NCBI GenBank assembly: GCA_044892505.1
Contig: CM097883.1
Location: forward strand, 38,502,001 to 38,566,000
From: Schmidtea nova
Lineage: Eukaryota
Length of the DNA: 64,000 nucleotides
Direction of reading: 5' to 3'
Shown: one piece after another, positions 44,338 through 56,744 of the stretch
How the letters are laid out: each line of letters starts with the position of its first letter
Numbering within the stretch: the first letter of the stretch is position 1
Program-made: the position numbers and the translations under genes
Notes under the pieces: generated by a model
What the model was told of the DNA's origin: nothing
The model's database searches: none
The model's input: only the letters and a program-made list of their open reading frames with translations

Positions 44338-47156
44338 TGTTGGATCCACCATTTGGTCCACATTTAATATAAAAAATAATAATAACAAGAAATAAATAAG
44401 AATAAATTAAATTAATATAATTACGAGAAGTTTCAGAAAGGATCAATTAAAAAGATAATAAAGAATATTAATTTTCTATAAAAATTTAGAAGAAAGTAAA
44501 TAGGAAATGTAAAAGTGTTAAAGAAACAATGATATTTAATTGTATTTAAGGCAAAATAAAGAAATAATAAAGAAAAAGAATTACAGAATATTAAAAAGCA
44601 AAAACAACAAATTATTAGTAATTTAAAGCAAATCAATCGATTTGATTTTTAATGTAATTTATTTTTTGTGCTGATCGGATGATCAGCTTCAAGCTGATTG
44701 GTCAGTGATCTGATCTGATCAGTATATATACTGATCCAGATTCAGATATTTTTAATGCATAAATTTTTTTCAGTGACAAAAATTTTCTTTGTATTTGGTG
44801 AGAAGCTAATAGGTATGAGTATTTTTGTTTTATTGAATTTATAAATTTTATGATTATCTGTCATTGACCATTGTAGTTAATTGTTAATAAAATATTTTAA
44901 GATATATGATTTTTAAATTTTTGTCGAGTATAGAACTAAGCCAAGCTTCTTCCACTGTGAAATCAGTGGAAGGAGATGACTCTATTTATATATATGATTT
45001 ATCTTTTATTGAGCTTCTTCCATCGTGTAAGCGGTGGAAGGAGGCAACAGTATCAGTTTATATTAACAACTAACAAGTATAATTTTAGAAGTAATTATTG
45101 GGTCGAGCTTCTTCCACTGTGAAATCAGTGGAAGGAGGCAAATATATATTATCTATATACCGTATTTATAGTATAAAATTACGTATGATTTAAGGGGCTC
45201 CGTTCACCGTGCAATCGGGAACATGGAGGCATACTGTGCCGAGTAGAAACGACTGCTCCGTACAGTTAGGCCGTCCGACCGGTGTGAAGCGCCGAGACGA
45301 GGGTAGGAATTTTATTTTTGATTTCTAACCTTATTTTTCACTGGATAGTATAGCCAGTTGAAGTTTTATTTTATAATCGATTTAAATTTTTTGAGTTTAT
45401 AGTTAAGTTGAGTTTTGATTTTAGTTTGAGACAGATATAGCTGTGATTTTATTAATCTGATTTTATATTGGAATTCTCCGAATGTTAATCTATATTTTTT
45501 GATTGTCACATCTGGGGTTTGTGGGCATAGAGCGGCAGATACACGTTTAAGAATTTGTACAAAATATAATTTTAATAACAACATAAAAATCGATAACTCT
45601 AATAACGTAGTGATCTACTACGCAAGTAACATAGCAGCAATAGGCTATAGGTTCAAACATTCCACATAAATAATTAAATATAATTGCTTATCCTGAACCC
45701 TGTACATAGGGCAGTGGATCTTAGTTTATTTTAATAATTTTCTTATCCTGACTGCTGTATATAGCACAGGCGTAACTGAATAAAATGCATTATGAAATAA
45801 ATGTATCTGATCGCTGTACATAGCGACAGTGTTGAAAGCGTAATAGGTAAATCATTTTCTTTTCCTAAATTAACAATTACCAATTGTCAAAAGCATGAGA
45901 ATCGTTCAGATCAAGACGGTCAATTTCATGTGAATAAACCAATTTTGAATTTTAGAAAAATGTCAGCCAACACAGCAACCAATCAAGCCGAATTAGACAA
46001 AGCATGGAGGATAATTCGCAGCCTCGAAAAGGAAATGCTGCGAAAATCAGAGAGAATAAAAGAAGCCGATGGCATAATCTCCAACCTAAAGAAAAGCTGG
46101 TTCAGTCCAGAACAAATGAAAACACAAATTACAAAAACTCAACGCTCACAGCGAGCTAACAGCGAATTGCAAATGGAATTAGACGCGACGAAGATGGAAT
46201 TAAAGAAATGCCTAAAATCTGTAACGGCATCGTATCTAACTCAGGAGCTCAGCCAGCTCATTCGACCAATCACTTACCAGCATTGGGCTGACGAAAAGGC
46301 GGGATGTACAAAGGGAACAAACACCGAGGAACCATCTCAGGTTCAAGCAACAACAATAGCCAGTACACCAAATAACTCGATAAATCCAGAAGTCAAGAAG
46401 AAAAGGAAGAGCAAGATGGGAGCACGTCAGCGTCGCTGGAAGAAACAAGTTCTTCAGCAATTGGCTCAACAATCCAAAGAAATTCCAGAAATTGATTTGA
46501 CCATGAATTTTGCAATATCAGATGAAGACATTACTAAATACTTTGAATAGGAATTTTGTGATTTAGCTGTTTTCGCGTATTAAATAATTTTTGTTTTGTA
46601 TTTATTTTATTGTAAAGTATAGAAAATAATGTGATTTATTAAAAATTTTAAAATAATTTAAAGAAAAATATAGATTAAATTAAACTATACATTAGAATCA
46701 ACAATAGGATTAACCTAAATCTAATAAACAATAGAAACATTAAAGAGATAATATATTGTAATTGATTAAAGATTACTTGTTGACATTGTAAAGAAGGGGG
46801 CTGAAAGAAAAGTTGAGAGTTGAAAGATATTGTAAAGAAAGGGGGCTAAAGAAACATTGAAATGAAAGATAATGGATGCGGATAGATTAAAGTTAAAGCG
46901 TAAGTCCTTCTATCGGCAGCGAGACGAACCCGTGAACATAAATGGGGAGTAGTTTTAGCAATAGAGCTCACCTGCCCATCATTGTTCAAACACCTTGCAC
47001 ATTTCCAACTCGATTATTACAGGGAAATGATCGAGGGTGCTCGTGTGATATGTAAGCATTTTATGTGAGGTTTTGGATGGAGGAATCCCTAGAGCGTTTA
47101 AAAATAATTATTAGTTTAATTTACTGTTTTTGTTTTAACCCAATCCGAAACCAACA
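44338..47156 (+). repeat. 3' LTR (2,819 bp)
   Basis: Same termini and length as the 5' LTR. Two substitutions seen by eye: A21127/G46002 and A22069/G46944. Confidence 0.97.
45960..46550 (+). CDS. 3' LTR copy of the LTR-encoded ORF
   Basis: Identical to the 5' copy except T>A (KTW/KAW). Confidence 0.6.
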   Translation: MSANTATNQAELDKAWRIIRSLEKEMLRKSERIKEADGIISNLKKSWFSPEQMKTQITKTQRSQRANSELQMELDATKMELKKCLKSVTASYLTQELSQLIRPITYQHWADEKAGCTKGTNTEEPSQVQATTIASTPNNSINPEVKKKRKSKMGARQRRWKKQVLQQLAQQSKEIPEIDLTMNFAISDEDITKYFE

Positions 47157-47339
47157 TTAGTAATGACCTTTTTTGGTTATTTTTTAGATTTCCAAGTTTT
47201 ACTGCCATCTTGTTTCTCGATTTTTGTTCTTCAAACCTCCTTTTTCGTGTTTCTAAACATCATATTATTTACCCTGTTCCTTCCCCCCAATCATTTTATT
47301 TATTTGTGACAATATTTAGTTTATTATTTAGGTATCCTC

Positions 47340-47830
47340 AACATTTGTATATCTTTTCCCATACAAGGTCATACACCTATAGTTCGTAGAAATTAATAAG
47401 TCGATGATCAACCTGGGTGGTGTAAATCATGAATTGCCGAAAAAGCTGATTTCCGTAATTTTATTTCAAGTATAGGTCTTATGTGACCCAAAATTGAAGT
47501 TTCATAATCAGTTTTATCAAGATTAAGGTTGTACTATTTTAGCTCATCGACTCAAAGAAGTGAATGGTGATTTAAAGAATTTAAGGATTCGCTGTTCCAT
47601 TTAATTACTGAGTTATCTTTCTCATTTCTCTTTCTCATTACTGATGTTTTACAAACATCCATTGGATTTATTGGTATTTGGTAGGTCTATTGTCCAGAAT
47701 ATTTTGGCGTTCGGTAAACGACGTAGAACATCATTTATCAACGACATATGTTAAGAATCGCAGACTATAATGTTGCCGAACCTTCTGCAATCGCCACAAT
47801 GTCGTTAGGTATCATCCTTTTTGGGTACTA
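47340..47830 (-). pseudogene. Degenerate Gypsy RT and integrase Zn-domain fragments of an older element
   Basis: Manual minus-strand reading gives CGDCRRF..RLPNAKIFWTIDL (RT) and RPILEIKLRKSAFSAIHDLHHPG (IN HH), with stops. Confidence 0.6.
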
Positions 47831-49216
47831 AATTTATTTGTGATGCCCATTGTGATTGATACTTTCTAACGATTTCTTCTCTTTCGAATTCAGAAAATTC
47901 TTTTTGGACAAATTTTTATTTTTCTTTTGACAGTGGACGTATTTTTTCTGGCAAAGGCAGCGTTGAAGTTGTAACAATTGAATATTGCGAAACTTCAGTA
48001 TTCTTTACCGCAGGGATGAGCAACCCGCGGCCCATTTCATTTTTTTGCGGCCAGCCAAGATTTTTATTTGCCTTAAAATAACATTTTTTGAAACAAAATT
48101 ACAAAACATCCTCAGATTTTAAAAAAAGCTCTATTTATTTTATTAATTTTATAGATTCTTGTTTTAATAAAAAAAATATAGATAGAAACAAAATAAACTA
48201 AACTAAAATCTTAAAACTATATATTATTAAAAATAATAACAGGCTGCATGGTTGCTTGTTATTATTTGATGTGGTATTAAACTGTGCATAGCGCTGTTAG
48301 AAATAGGAAAAATAGTCAACTTATTTGAAATTAAAGTTGATTTATTTTATTTTACCGAGATGGACACAATTAATGATAAAATTTATGATTTTTGAAAGAA
48401 TATTTTGTTTTGAAAATAATTTATGTAAATTAATTTTTAACTATTTGGAAAATGGTTTATATTTTGATTTATATTTTAATATTTTAATTCAATAAAATAA
48501 ATAATAATAATTAAAATAAAATAAATAAATAATACTAATTGTTTAAATAAATTTATATAAATAAATTACTGTTTGTTTAAAATAATTATATTTATGACCT
48601 ACAAAAGTCAGAAAAATGAAATATAATTCCAAGGTTAAAAAACAATTCTGTTTTGAAAACTATTTTAATCAACTCAAGTAGAAAGATAACAAAGATTATT
48701 GGCAGATTAAGTGCCTTAAAATATAGAGTATAAACTGACTGATTTTCAATATAATCACCCATAAATCTTCGCTTAAGAAGAATTTCATAGTTCTTATCGA
48801 CTTTGAAAACCTAAACTAGAACATACAATATATTGAGCTTAGAACCGTATTCCGCATTACACGTTAAATATGTACCATATACACACAAATAAAAAACAAT
48901 TAAACTAGTGGATGTAAAGTTATTTTACTTGGGTAATTTTAATATTTATTTTAATCAAATAATATCTTTTTTCAAATCAGTGTTGACTTATTTATTTATA
49001 AAAGATCATCAAGTTGAGATTCTCGGAACCTCAGCAGTACAATCAGTCATTCTCAGTAGCTGAAAAAATGACCGTTATTTAATTATAGAGTTACATTGAT
49101 TATGTAAACGCAAATTTGTAATTTGCTTTCTACAATAATCGTTTATTTTAATCGGGATTGCAGTAAGTCTAAATTGCAACAAAAGAGTTAGACAAGTTCG
49201 TAAATAAATAAATTAA

Positions 49217-49446
49217 CCGTTTGTGGACATTAGGCCAGCAGTGCTGGCCTTAAATTGCTTATTCGGTTGCGAACGGTAGGCCAGCACTGCTGGCCACGGA
49301 TTTTGTTCCAGATGTTCAATAATGTATAATGGGCAGCTGGACTGGCCAAACTTAAAAATATCATACCACAATATCGGGCATTCGTATACTAAAACATTTT
49401 ATGCTAAAAAACAATACTTATTACAATTTATTCCGTTCGCAAATGG
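49217..49446. mobile_element. piggyBac-type MITE, 230 bp
   Basis: TTAA on both flanks; TIR CCGTTTGTGGAC/GTTCGCAAATGG. Confidence 0.7.
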
Positions 49447-50175
49447 TTAAATAACTATTCTTTAATATTTTTTTATAAAATAATCACCCATGCATTATTC
49501 AGAACGAATTTCAAAATGGAAAGTTTCGTCTAAGTGTAAAAAACTGTCATCATTTGGATTTGACAGCTGAATCAAAATATTTGAATCCAATAAACCTGAA
49601 GCTTGTTGGTCAGTTGAATAGGTTGCCCGTTTACGTCAGTTTATTGTTGATAAATATTCATAGAATAAAAGAGCCTGTTTTTCATTGCTAATATTTCATT
49701 TGTTTTTGATAATTTCACATGTGCTTTGTTTGAAATTTATGAAAGATTGAGCAGTATTTGAATTTTTATTTTCATTTTTAGAAATTTCGTTATTTCTTAT
49801 TTGTTCAATAAGAACTTTTCATCTTGACACCATTTGTAAAGATATTTAATTATATTTATTATTGTTGAGAAGTATGGGTGTTGTTAAGATAATATTATTG
49901 GTTACTAGGGATGACTGCAACCCATAAATGTTAAACTCTCTCATTCGTGCACTCATAGTTACTAAATAACTATGTTGATAATGTACACGGTGGCGAGAAT
50001 ATAGTAAGCAGATGAGTTTCGTTACCAAAACAACTTCTCACTATATTCTCTCTTTTGGGTTCCTGCTGCCGATAGAATGACATACGCATTTATTAACTTT
50101 ACGGTCCTGTCGCATGATTAAATCTAAGCTTTCTATCACCTCATCCTATCTTCGATTTTCACTTATTCATTTTTG

Positions 50176-50264
<89 letters not shown>

Positions 50265-50438
50265 TATCTTTTTTCACCTTTGATCTTTTTTATTATTATT
50301 ATCAATAATTTCCATAATAATCACTAAAGATCAAAATATTTTTTATAAACAATAACACTTATTGTTTATAAAAATATTTTGATCTATAGTCATCATTATG
50401 GGAATTATTGATAATATATATATATATATATATATATA

Positions 50439-53400
50439 TTAGGGTGGTCCTTAATTTTGAAAAGTTGAAATCCTGTGCTCCCACCTCATAGAATTGTTTG
50501 TTATTATGACAGGATGCTGTGCTAATTTTATTTTTATTTTTGGATGATGTTTAGAGGTCGCCCAAGCTTTGGAATTGGAAATTCATCAAAATCGCTGCAA
50601 ATGAGCTTCTAGAAACTATTTTTTATTTTCTCACTACTTATTTTGGTCAGTTCTGTTAGTTAGTTGATCCCAAACAATTAATTTAACCTCTAATCAATAT
50701 TCTTTGTTGATCAATAATACTGTCTGATTAGGAATATGCAGTTTTATTAAGTTTTCTATGAAATGGCGTCATCTTTTTGGTGAGTAAACTTTTTCATATG
50801 TTGTATGTTTTAGCTGCTGCTTTGCCATTCAGAACATTCAGTTATTATGCACTATTTGCCATTTTTTAGGCCAGAGAGTAAACATTCCACATGTAGACAC
50901 AGTGACACACCAGTGTTAGTGTAATATTGTATTGTATGATATGTTGTTGTTGTGATGTAGTGAAGAATTTGATATAACAACACGAAGTCAAACTGCAGTT
51001 TATCTACTGGGTCAACCCACTACTGTGCTTTCTACTCTCAGACTTGCATCAAATGGTGAAGCATTGGGTTTGTTTTTCCATCACCACCTAACCCATGGTC
51101 TGCAGACACGACAGGCATCAGCACATGTGATCGAACAGGTGACTGGAATTTGGAACAAGGCCCGCATACCGACATGTCGCAAAGACCATGCAATCACCAA
51201 GCTGGAGCAACTATTCAAAGATTGGACACAGCTAAAAAAGCACAAAGATCGCAAGACAGAGCTCCATGTTGCCAGAGAAGATGAGTTTTGCGCCAAAATG
51301 AAGAATCTTTTTGACATTGCACATGCCGACGCCCTAACGACTATGAAGATCGAGGAAGATAGAGAATTTCTGCTGGCACAGCGAGAACCAGGACGACGAG
51401 GTTACCTTGGATTAGTTGATAGAGCATTAGCTGAAAAGGAAGAGAGAAAAGCAGTCAGAATAAACTTGGAGAGGAAGAGACGTGAAAGAGCAGAAAGCGA
51501 GGCATCCGTTAGCACAATGGTTGCAGGATTTGGCAGCAGTAGTGAAGATGACAATAAACCTGAATCGGACACAGATAAGCCTGCTGAGTTCTCATCACCT
51601 CGCCGTAAGAAAAGCAGAGCAGCAACAAATGTGATTACCCCAAAGTTAGCAGCTGCCTTGGATCGTACCAAGTTGAGTGACAGAAAGGCTACGTTTGTCA
51701 TTGCTGCGGCAGCTCAGAGCCTTGGGCATGATATTGATGAACTCAATATAAATCGGAGTTCTATAAAGCGTCACCGCGAGAAATACAGAGCTGAAATGGC
51801 AGCTGCATTAAAGGAAGATTTGTCTAGTGATGTTCCTTTGGTGGTACATTGGGATGGCAAACTAATGGTCGATCTCACTGGGAAGGATCACGTTGATCGC
51901 CTCCCTATAATTGTGACCGGCTTTGGGGTGTGTCAGCTATTGAAGGTGAGCAAGATGTCTGGTGGAACAGGTGAGAACCAGTCATCTGCAGTGGTCCAGG
52001 CACTGAATGAGTGGAATGTGCAGGATCGTGTGGTAGGATTGTGCTTTGATACAACTAGTTCCAACACTGGTATCCACAACGGTGCCTGTGTTCTGATAGA
52101 ACAGAAGCTAGGCAAGGACTTACTACACTTTGCCTGTCGCCACCACATTATGGAACTGTTGGCAGGAGCCGCATTTACAGTAAGTCTTGCACCATCATCT
52201 GCTCCTGAAGTCCTTCTGTTCAAGAGATTTCAACAAAAGTGGTCATTCGTCGACCACAGTAACTACCAGACGGGAGCTAATTTGAATGAAATACCTGACG
52301 TGGTGAAGAACGAAGTAATGGAATTTGCACACAGGCAGCTGCTTCGTGACAACGTCCGAGATGACTACAGAGAATTCATTGAATTATCTATCATATTTCT
52401 TGGTGGCTTACCCCATCGTGGGATTCATTTTATGGCACCTGGTGCAATGCACCATGCGAGATGGATGTCGAAAGTGATCTACTCACGTAAAGTGTGGATG
52501 TTTCGCTCACAATTCAAGCTCACATCGTTCGAGGAGAAAGGACTTCTCCACATGTGCATCTTTGCAGTGGTTATATACCTCAAGGCCTGGTTCACTGCAC
52601 CACTGGCTTCCAGTGCGCCTCAAAATGATCTGCAACTGCTTCAAGATTTGCACAATTACAAGCGTTACAATGAGAAAATCTCTATCGCAACATCCAAAAA
52701 ACTTGAGCATCATCTTTGGTATTTGTCGGAAGATTTAGTGGGTCTTGCCTTCTTCGATCCCGATGTACCGGTCGATACAAAACGTCAAATGGTGAAAGCA
52801 CTGAATTACTGTAGCAAGGAAGCCGTCGACAAAGTACTTCCACCAAAAGGTCTGAAACGCATCACAATGTCTGCAAGCAGTGCATGCAACTACAGTTTGG
52901 AGGATTTCATAACTGTCAGATCTCAGGAATTCTTTGATAAGCTCCATATTTCTCAAGACTTCTTGAATTACGATCCTGACACTTGGGAAACTCGACAGGA
53001 GTACACAGATGGCATGTTGATCGTGTCTAAGCTACTAGTCACCAATGATAATGCAGAACGTGGAGTTGCCCTTGTTCAGGAGCTAAACAAGTGTATCACA
53101 TACGATGAGGACCAGTTTCAGTTTCTGCTGCAAGTTGTGGCAGACCATCGTCGTCATTATGCAACCTGTCAGAAGTCGTTATTACATTGACTTAGTTGCG
53201 GAATGCGGAGTGCGGACATCGTCTTTGGTTGGACCGACTGACACTGACAGTCTAGAACATTTATTCCTATAAATAAATCTTAACAATAGATTCTGTACAT
53301 TACGGAGTTTCATATTTCCTAGTCATTTAATAACATAATAAAACGTTACCAATTTCAGTTTAGTAATAAAAATACTATACTATGCTCAAGTCAAATTTTT

Positions 53401-53561
53401 TGGTCATTTTAATAAATTGTGAGCTGTTGGGCGACCTCTAAACATTATCTGATCATTAAAAAAATTTGCACAGTATCTTATGGCATCAAATGGAACATTT
53501 TAAAAGGGTGGGAGACATCCAATTGTGAGAAAAAAATATTACCATTGGTCTAAGGACCACC

Positions 53562-53565
<4 letters not shown>
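50439..53565 (+). mobile_element. Intact-looking hAT-superfamily (hATm-like) DNA transposon, 3.1 kb, inserted in (TA)n
   Basis: Perfect 15-bp TIR TTAGGGTGGTCCTTA/TAAGGACCACCCTAA; 18-bp subterminal inverted repeat at 50548-50565 and 53427-53444; (TA)n on both flanks. Confidence 0.9.
50763..53190 (+). CDS. DDE transposase; predicted exon 1 50763-50779, intron 50780-50960, exon 2 50961-53190
   Basis: HWDGK, CFDTTSSNTG, CRHH (CxxH), HHARW, NDNAERG. ATGGCGTCATCTTTTTG|GTGAGT..TGTAG|TGAAGAA splices in frame to MASSFCEEFDITTRSQTAVYLLG. Confidence 0.85.
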
Positions 53566-53624
<59 letters not shown>

Positions 53625-53639
53625 CCTCTCTTAACTCCC

Positions 53640-53960
53640 TCGGGTTTACTCCACACTTATGTTCTTAATTTGCCTTTCCTCCTCGTCCAAATTTTACTGT
53701 CAATATTTATTTTTGGTTGCACTCACCACGCCCACGGAACTCTGAAATATTCCCAGCAGTGTGACTATCACCCTCGCAGCCATAAAGCACAGAGGACGCA
53801 CCTATTTTTTTAGGAGCAGAGTTATATCGGAAATCCCTTAATCAAAACCAAACTTTGCCTCAAAGCCTTATTGCAAACATTACATAATGATTACTCAAAA
53901 AACCATTACTCCAAAGTAAACATAAAACATACTTCTGAAATCCACATGACTGACTGGCGA
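53640..53960 (-). pseudogene. Possible non-LTR retrotransposon RT 3' relic
   Basis: Minus-strand ASSVLYGCE resembles the LINE LLYGCE motif; heavily degraded. Confidence 0.3.
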
Positions 53961-55663
53961 AATCCAAAGTTTTCTCTCGATAAATTAATATTAAGTGTTT
54001 TTATAATGATTTTTCAGCGTCTAATTATACTAATTCTACTGACGCCCACAAATGTTGTTATTTAAAAAACGATATTAACGATTTAAATTTACTAATTAGT
54101 TTTAATAAGTGAGTATTTATTAATTTTGCATAAATTTAACTTTATAATTTGATTTATTTATTTTCTAAAATATTGGTATTCAATTCCATTAAATGATGTG
54201 TGTATCCATTGTTCTTTTGGGATCGATTGATTGAATAAAACAATCAAATTTAATTTCAAATTTTTTTTCATTCTTATCTATGTTATTTTTACGATATTTC
54301 AAAGAGGATTTTTCTATAATCTTTAATAAATTATTCTCTGATACCGATTTTATTCTTTGATCATGCTTTTCGTATTCACTATACAAGCACTGATCTTCCC
54401 AATTCAATTCTCGTGCGGTCCTTCGTATGTAAATCCAACCTGCACTCAAGCTGTGAGCTCTCTTCTGATATGACTGTTTTCTATCGTTTTAACCCTATCT
54501 CGACTGACTTATGAAATGCGGTTCGTATGACTATTATTTGTACTTTAATATTTTATAATCTTTTGTGTCGTTTTACTGTCGAACGCTTTGTCGTGCGTTT
54601 TTAATTCGTTTCTTTTTTTTATATATTTAATTTTTGATGAATTTAAACAAAATCTATTTTCGATTCCTCCAGCCCTACATTATGATTAAATAACAAATTA
54701 AATCAATTTCCTTATTTGCCAATCTATTTTTTATTTGTAATTCTTAACGATATTTTGTAACCTTATTTTAACCTTTAAAACAACTTAATCTAAAAATTTA
54801 ACTTTCCATGAAAAATATAATTTCAGTTTAACGAAAGAAATTTTAGATATCTCAAAATTATCGGTCTTTCCAATCATTATGTAGATTACACCAATAATTA
54901 TAAATATATTTACAAATAATTTTACCACATTCAATAGCAGCATCCAGATCATTTAGAAGGCGTAGAAGTCGCTGGTCTCAAAGAAAGTTCTCAAGAAAAA
55001 GCTGCACTTTATCCGCATTAATGAATGTTAGTCTCCTTCTTTTGTTCTACGTGCTTCGAAAAATTAAAGGGTCAAATAAATTCAAGGGGCTGGTGTGGGA
55101 TTTGAGCGATGTGATTGATTGCCAACAAGTTCTACAGTGTTCAAACGAGAATTGTCAGAAGATTCTGTCGGCATTGTTACTGTTGCAATCCATTCACATA
55201 CTTCATATAGAGATGTACACTCAATGTTTTTCCAGAACGCAGTACTTTATATTGGAAATTAACGCAAACTAATACGTGAAACTTATTGCCTGGGAGAATA
55301 TGACAAGGTTGTTGTGACCTATTACCAGCAGGATCTACCCAACCACAATGATTTTGTTTGAGTGGTGTTAAGGTTGAATAATTGTTATTATTACTTTTTT
55401 TTATATGGGTGTTTGGTTGTTGCCCCCCCCCCTCTTTTTTTGTTTATTTTGTGGCTTTATACGAAGTTTGGGAAAAATAATAAAACAGAAAATATTAATA
55501 AGTTTAAAAAATAAATCAATAATCCATGACAATTGGATATTGACAAAAAATATTATAACAAGAAAAATTAACGAGGGACTTGTAGTGCCTCCGTCATATT
55601 CATATTATAAATATTTATATATAAAGTAAATTAAATTAAATTAAATATTATATCATAATATAT

Positions 55664-55706
<43 letters not shown>

Positions 55707-55778
55707 TCAAATAAGAATTAATTATATAAAGGTTGTTTAAAAAAGCAAAAAGTAGGCAGAAATTCAAATCACAAGATA

Positions 55779-55960
55779 TGAGCACTTATTACAGAATGAA
55801 CGCAATTTTCTTCTTATTTCTAATCATTGTTATCACTACAGTTTCTGCAGCATATAAGGATTATCGATGCAAATGTGTTCGCAATTTACCAAACGATATG
55901 GAATTGAAATACTGCAACTCTCCATTCATCATGCCTGATTTTGATGAAAAGAAACGCATC
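55779..55960 (+). CDS. Possible first exon of a secreted or membrane protein (TMEM9-like N-terminus?)
   Basis: Signal peptide MNAIFFLFLIIVITTVSA followed by AYKDYRCKCV (cf. TMEM9 FEDVRCKCI); no downstream exons identified. Confidence 0.3.
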
Positions 55961-56744
55961 CAGCAACAATTCATTTTATATTTAATAAATATTTTTGGTT
56001 TATCTTTATTCGTTCAGTCACGATAAAACTATTTTATATAACTTGTTTATAAACCCAACAGAAAATCAAATTAGAAAATCCTAAATTACTTAATAAGTGT
56101 TCAGGAACAAAATAGAAAAAGACAATAATCCAAAATTCCTGAAGAAAATAGTTCTCGGAAAATTACAGCAGTGAATTGCAAAGCCAAAGAAAAGCAAATT
56201 TCCGAAGAAGACTATTATTTGAAAACTACAGTAATTGATTGTAGCCAAAGAAAATAAATTCCTGAAGAAAATAATTCTTGGAAAATTACCGCAATTAATT
56301 TAAAAGCCAAAGAAATTTTTGAAAATCAAACGAAACAGAATTACGTGAGTACGTGTAATTAACGTAATAAAAGTGTTTCTAAAAGTTTTTGGTTTTGTTC
56401 TCTTGTTATTAATTCGCATCAACTACATACACACAAAATACTCAACATTCACCCCAGCTGTCCCAAGACAGTTATTTTTATCGTAGACTCTGCTGGGCTC
56501 TACATATTTCCTTAACATCAAATATTAACACCTCTATTACATTTCAACAACATAACCCTCCATTGACTTTTACAACATTTTTAACACAAATACTAATTAA
56601 AAAATTATTTCCCGGGTATGTCATTTTAAATGTCCTGCACAACATCGCAACTGTGTTGCCTCACATTGTCTGTAAGTATGTGAAGTACCAACCTTGCGAG
56701 GACACAGTGTTTATGGAAATAATTTTCAGGATTCTTTGGACACA

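Larger units (their letters stand above)
19463..47156 (+). mobile_element. Giant full-length Ty3/Gypsy LTR retrotransposon (27,694 bp), env-bearing, Burro-like in size
   Basis: Direct repeats 19463-22281 and 44338-47156, both TGTTGG...CCAACA; TTAG at 19459-19462 and 47157-47160 (4-bp TSD); PBS; gag and PR-RT-RH-IN order typical of Ty3/Gypsy. Confidence 0.97.

Noticed and set aside
50439-50444. TTAGGG as telomeric repeat
   Set aside because: It is a single copy that forms part of the transposon TIR.
54935-55021. Possible terminal exon QHPDHLEGVEVAGLKESSQEKAALYPH*
   Set aside because: It is too short and has no recognisable homology or partner exons.
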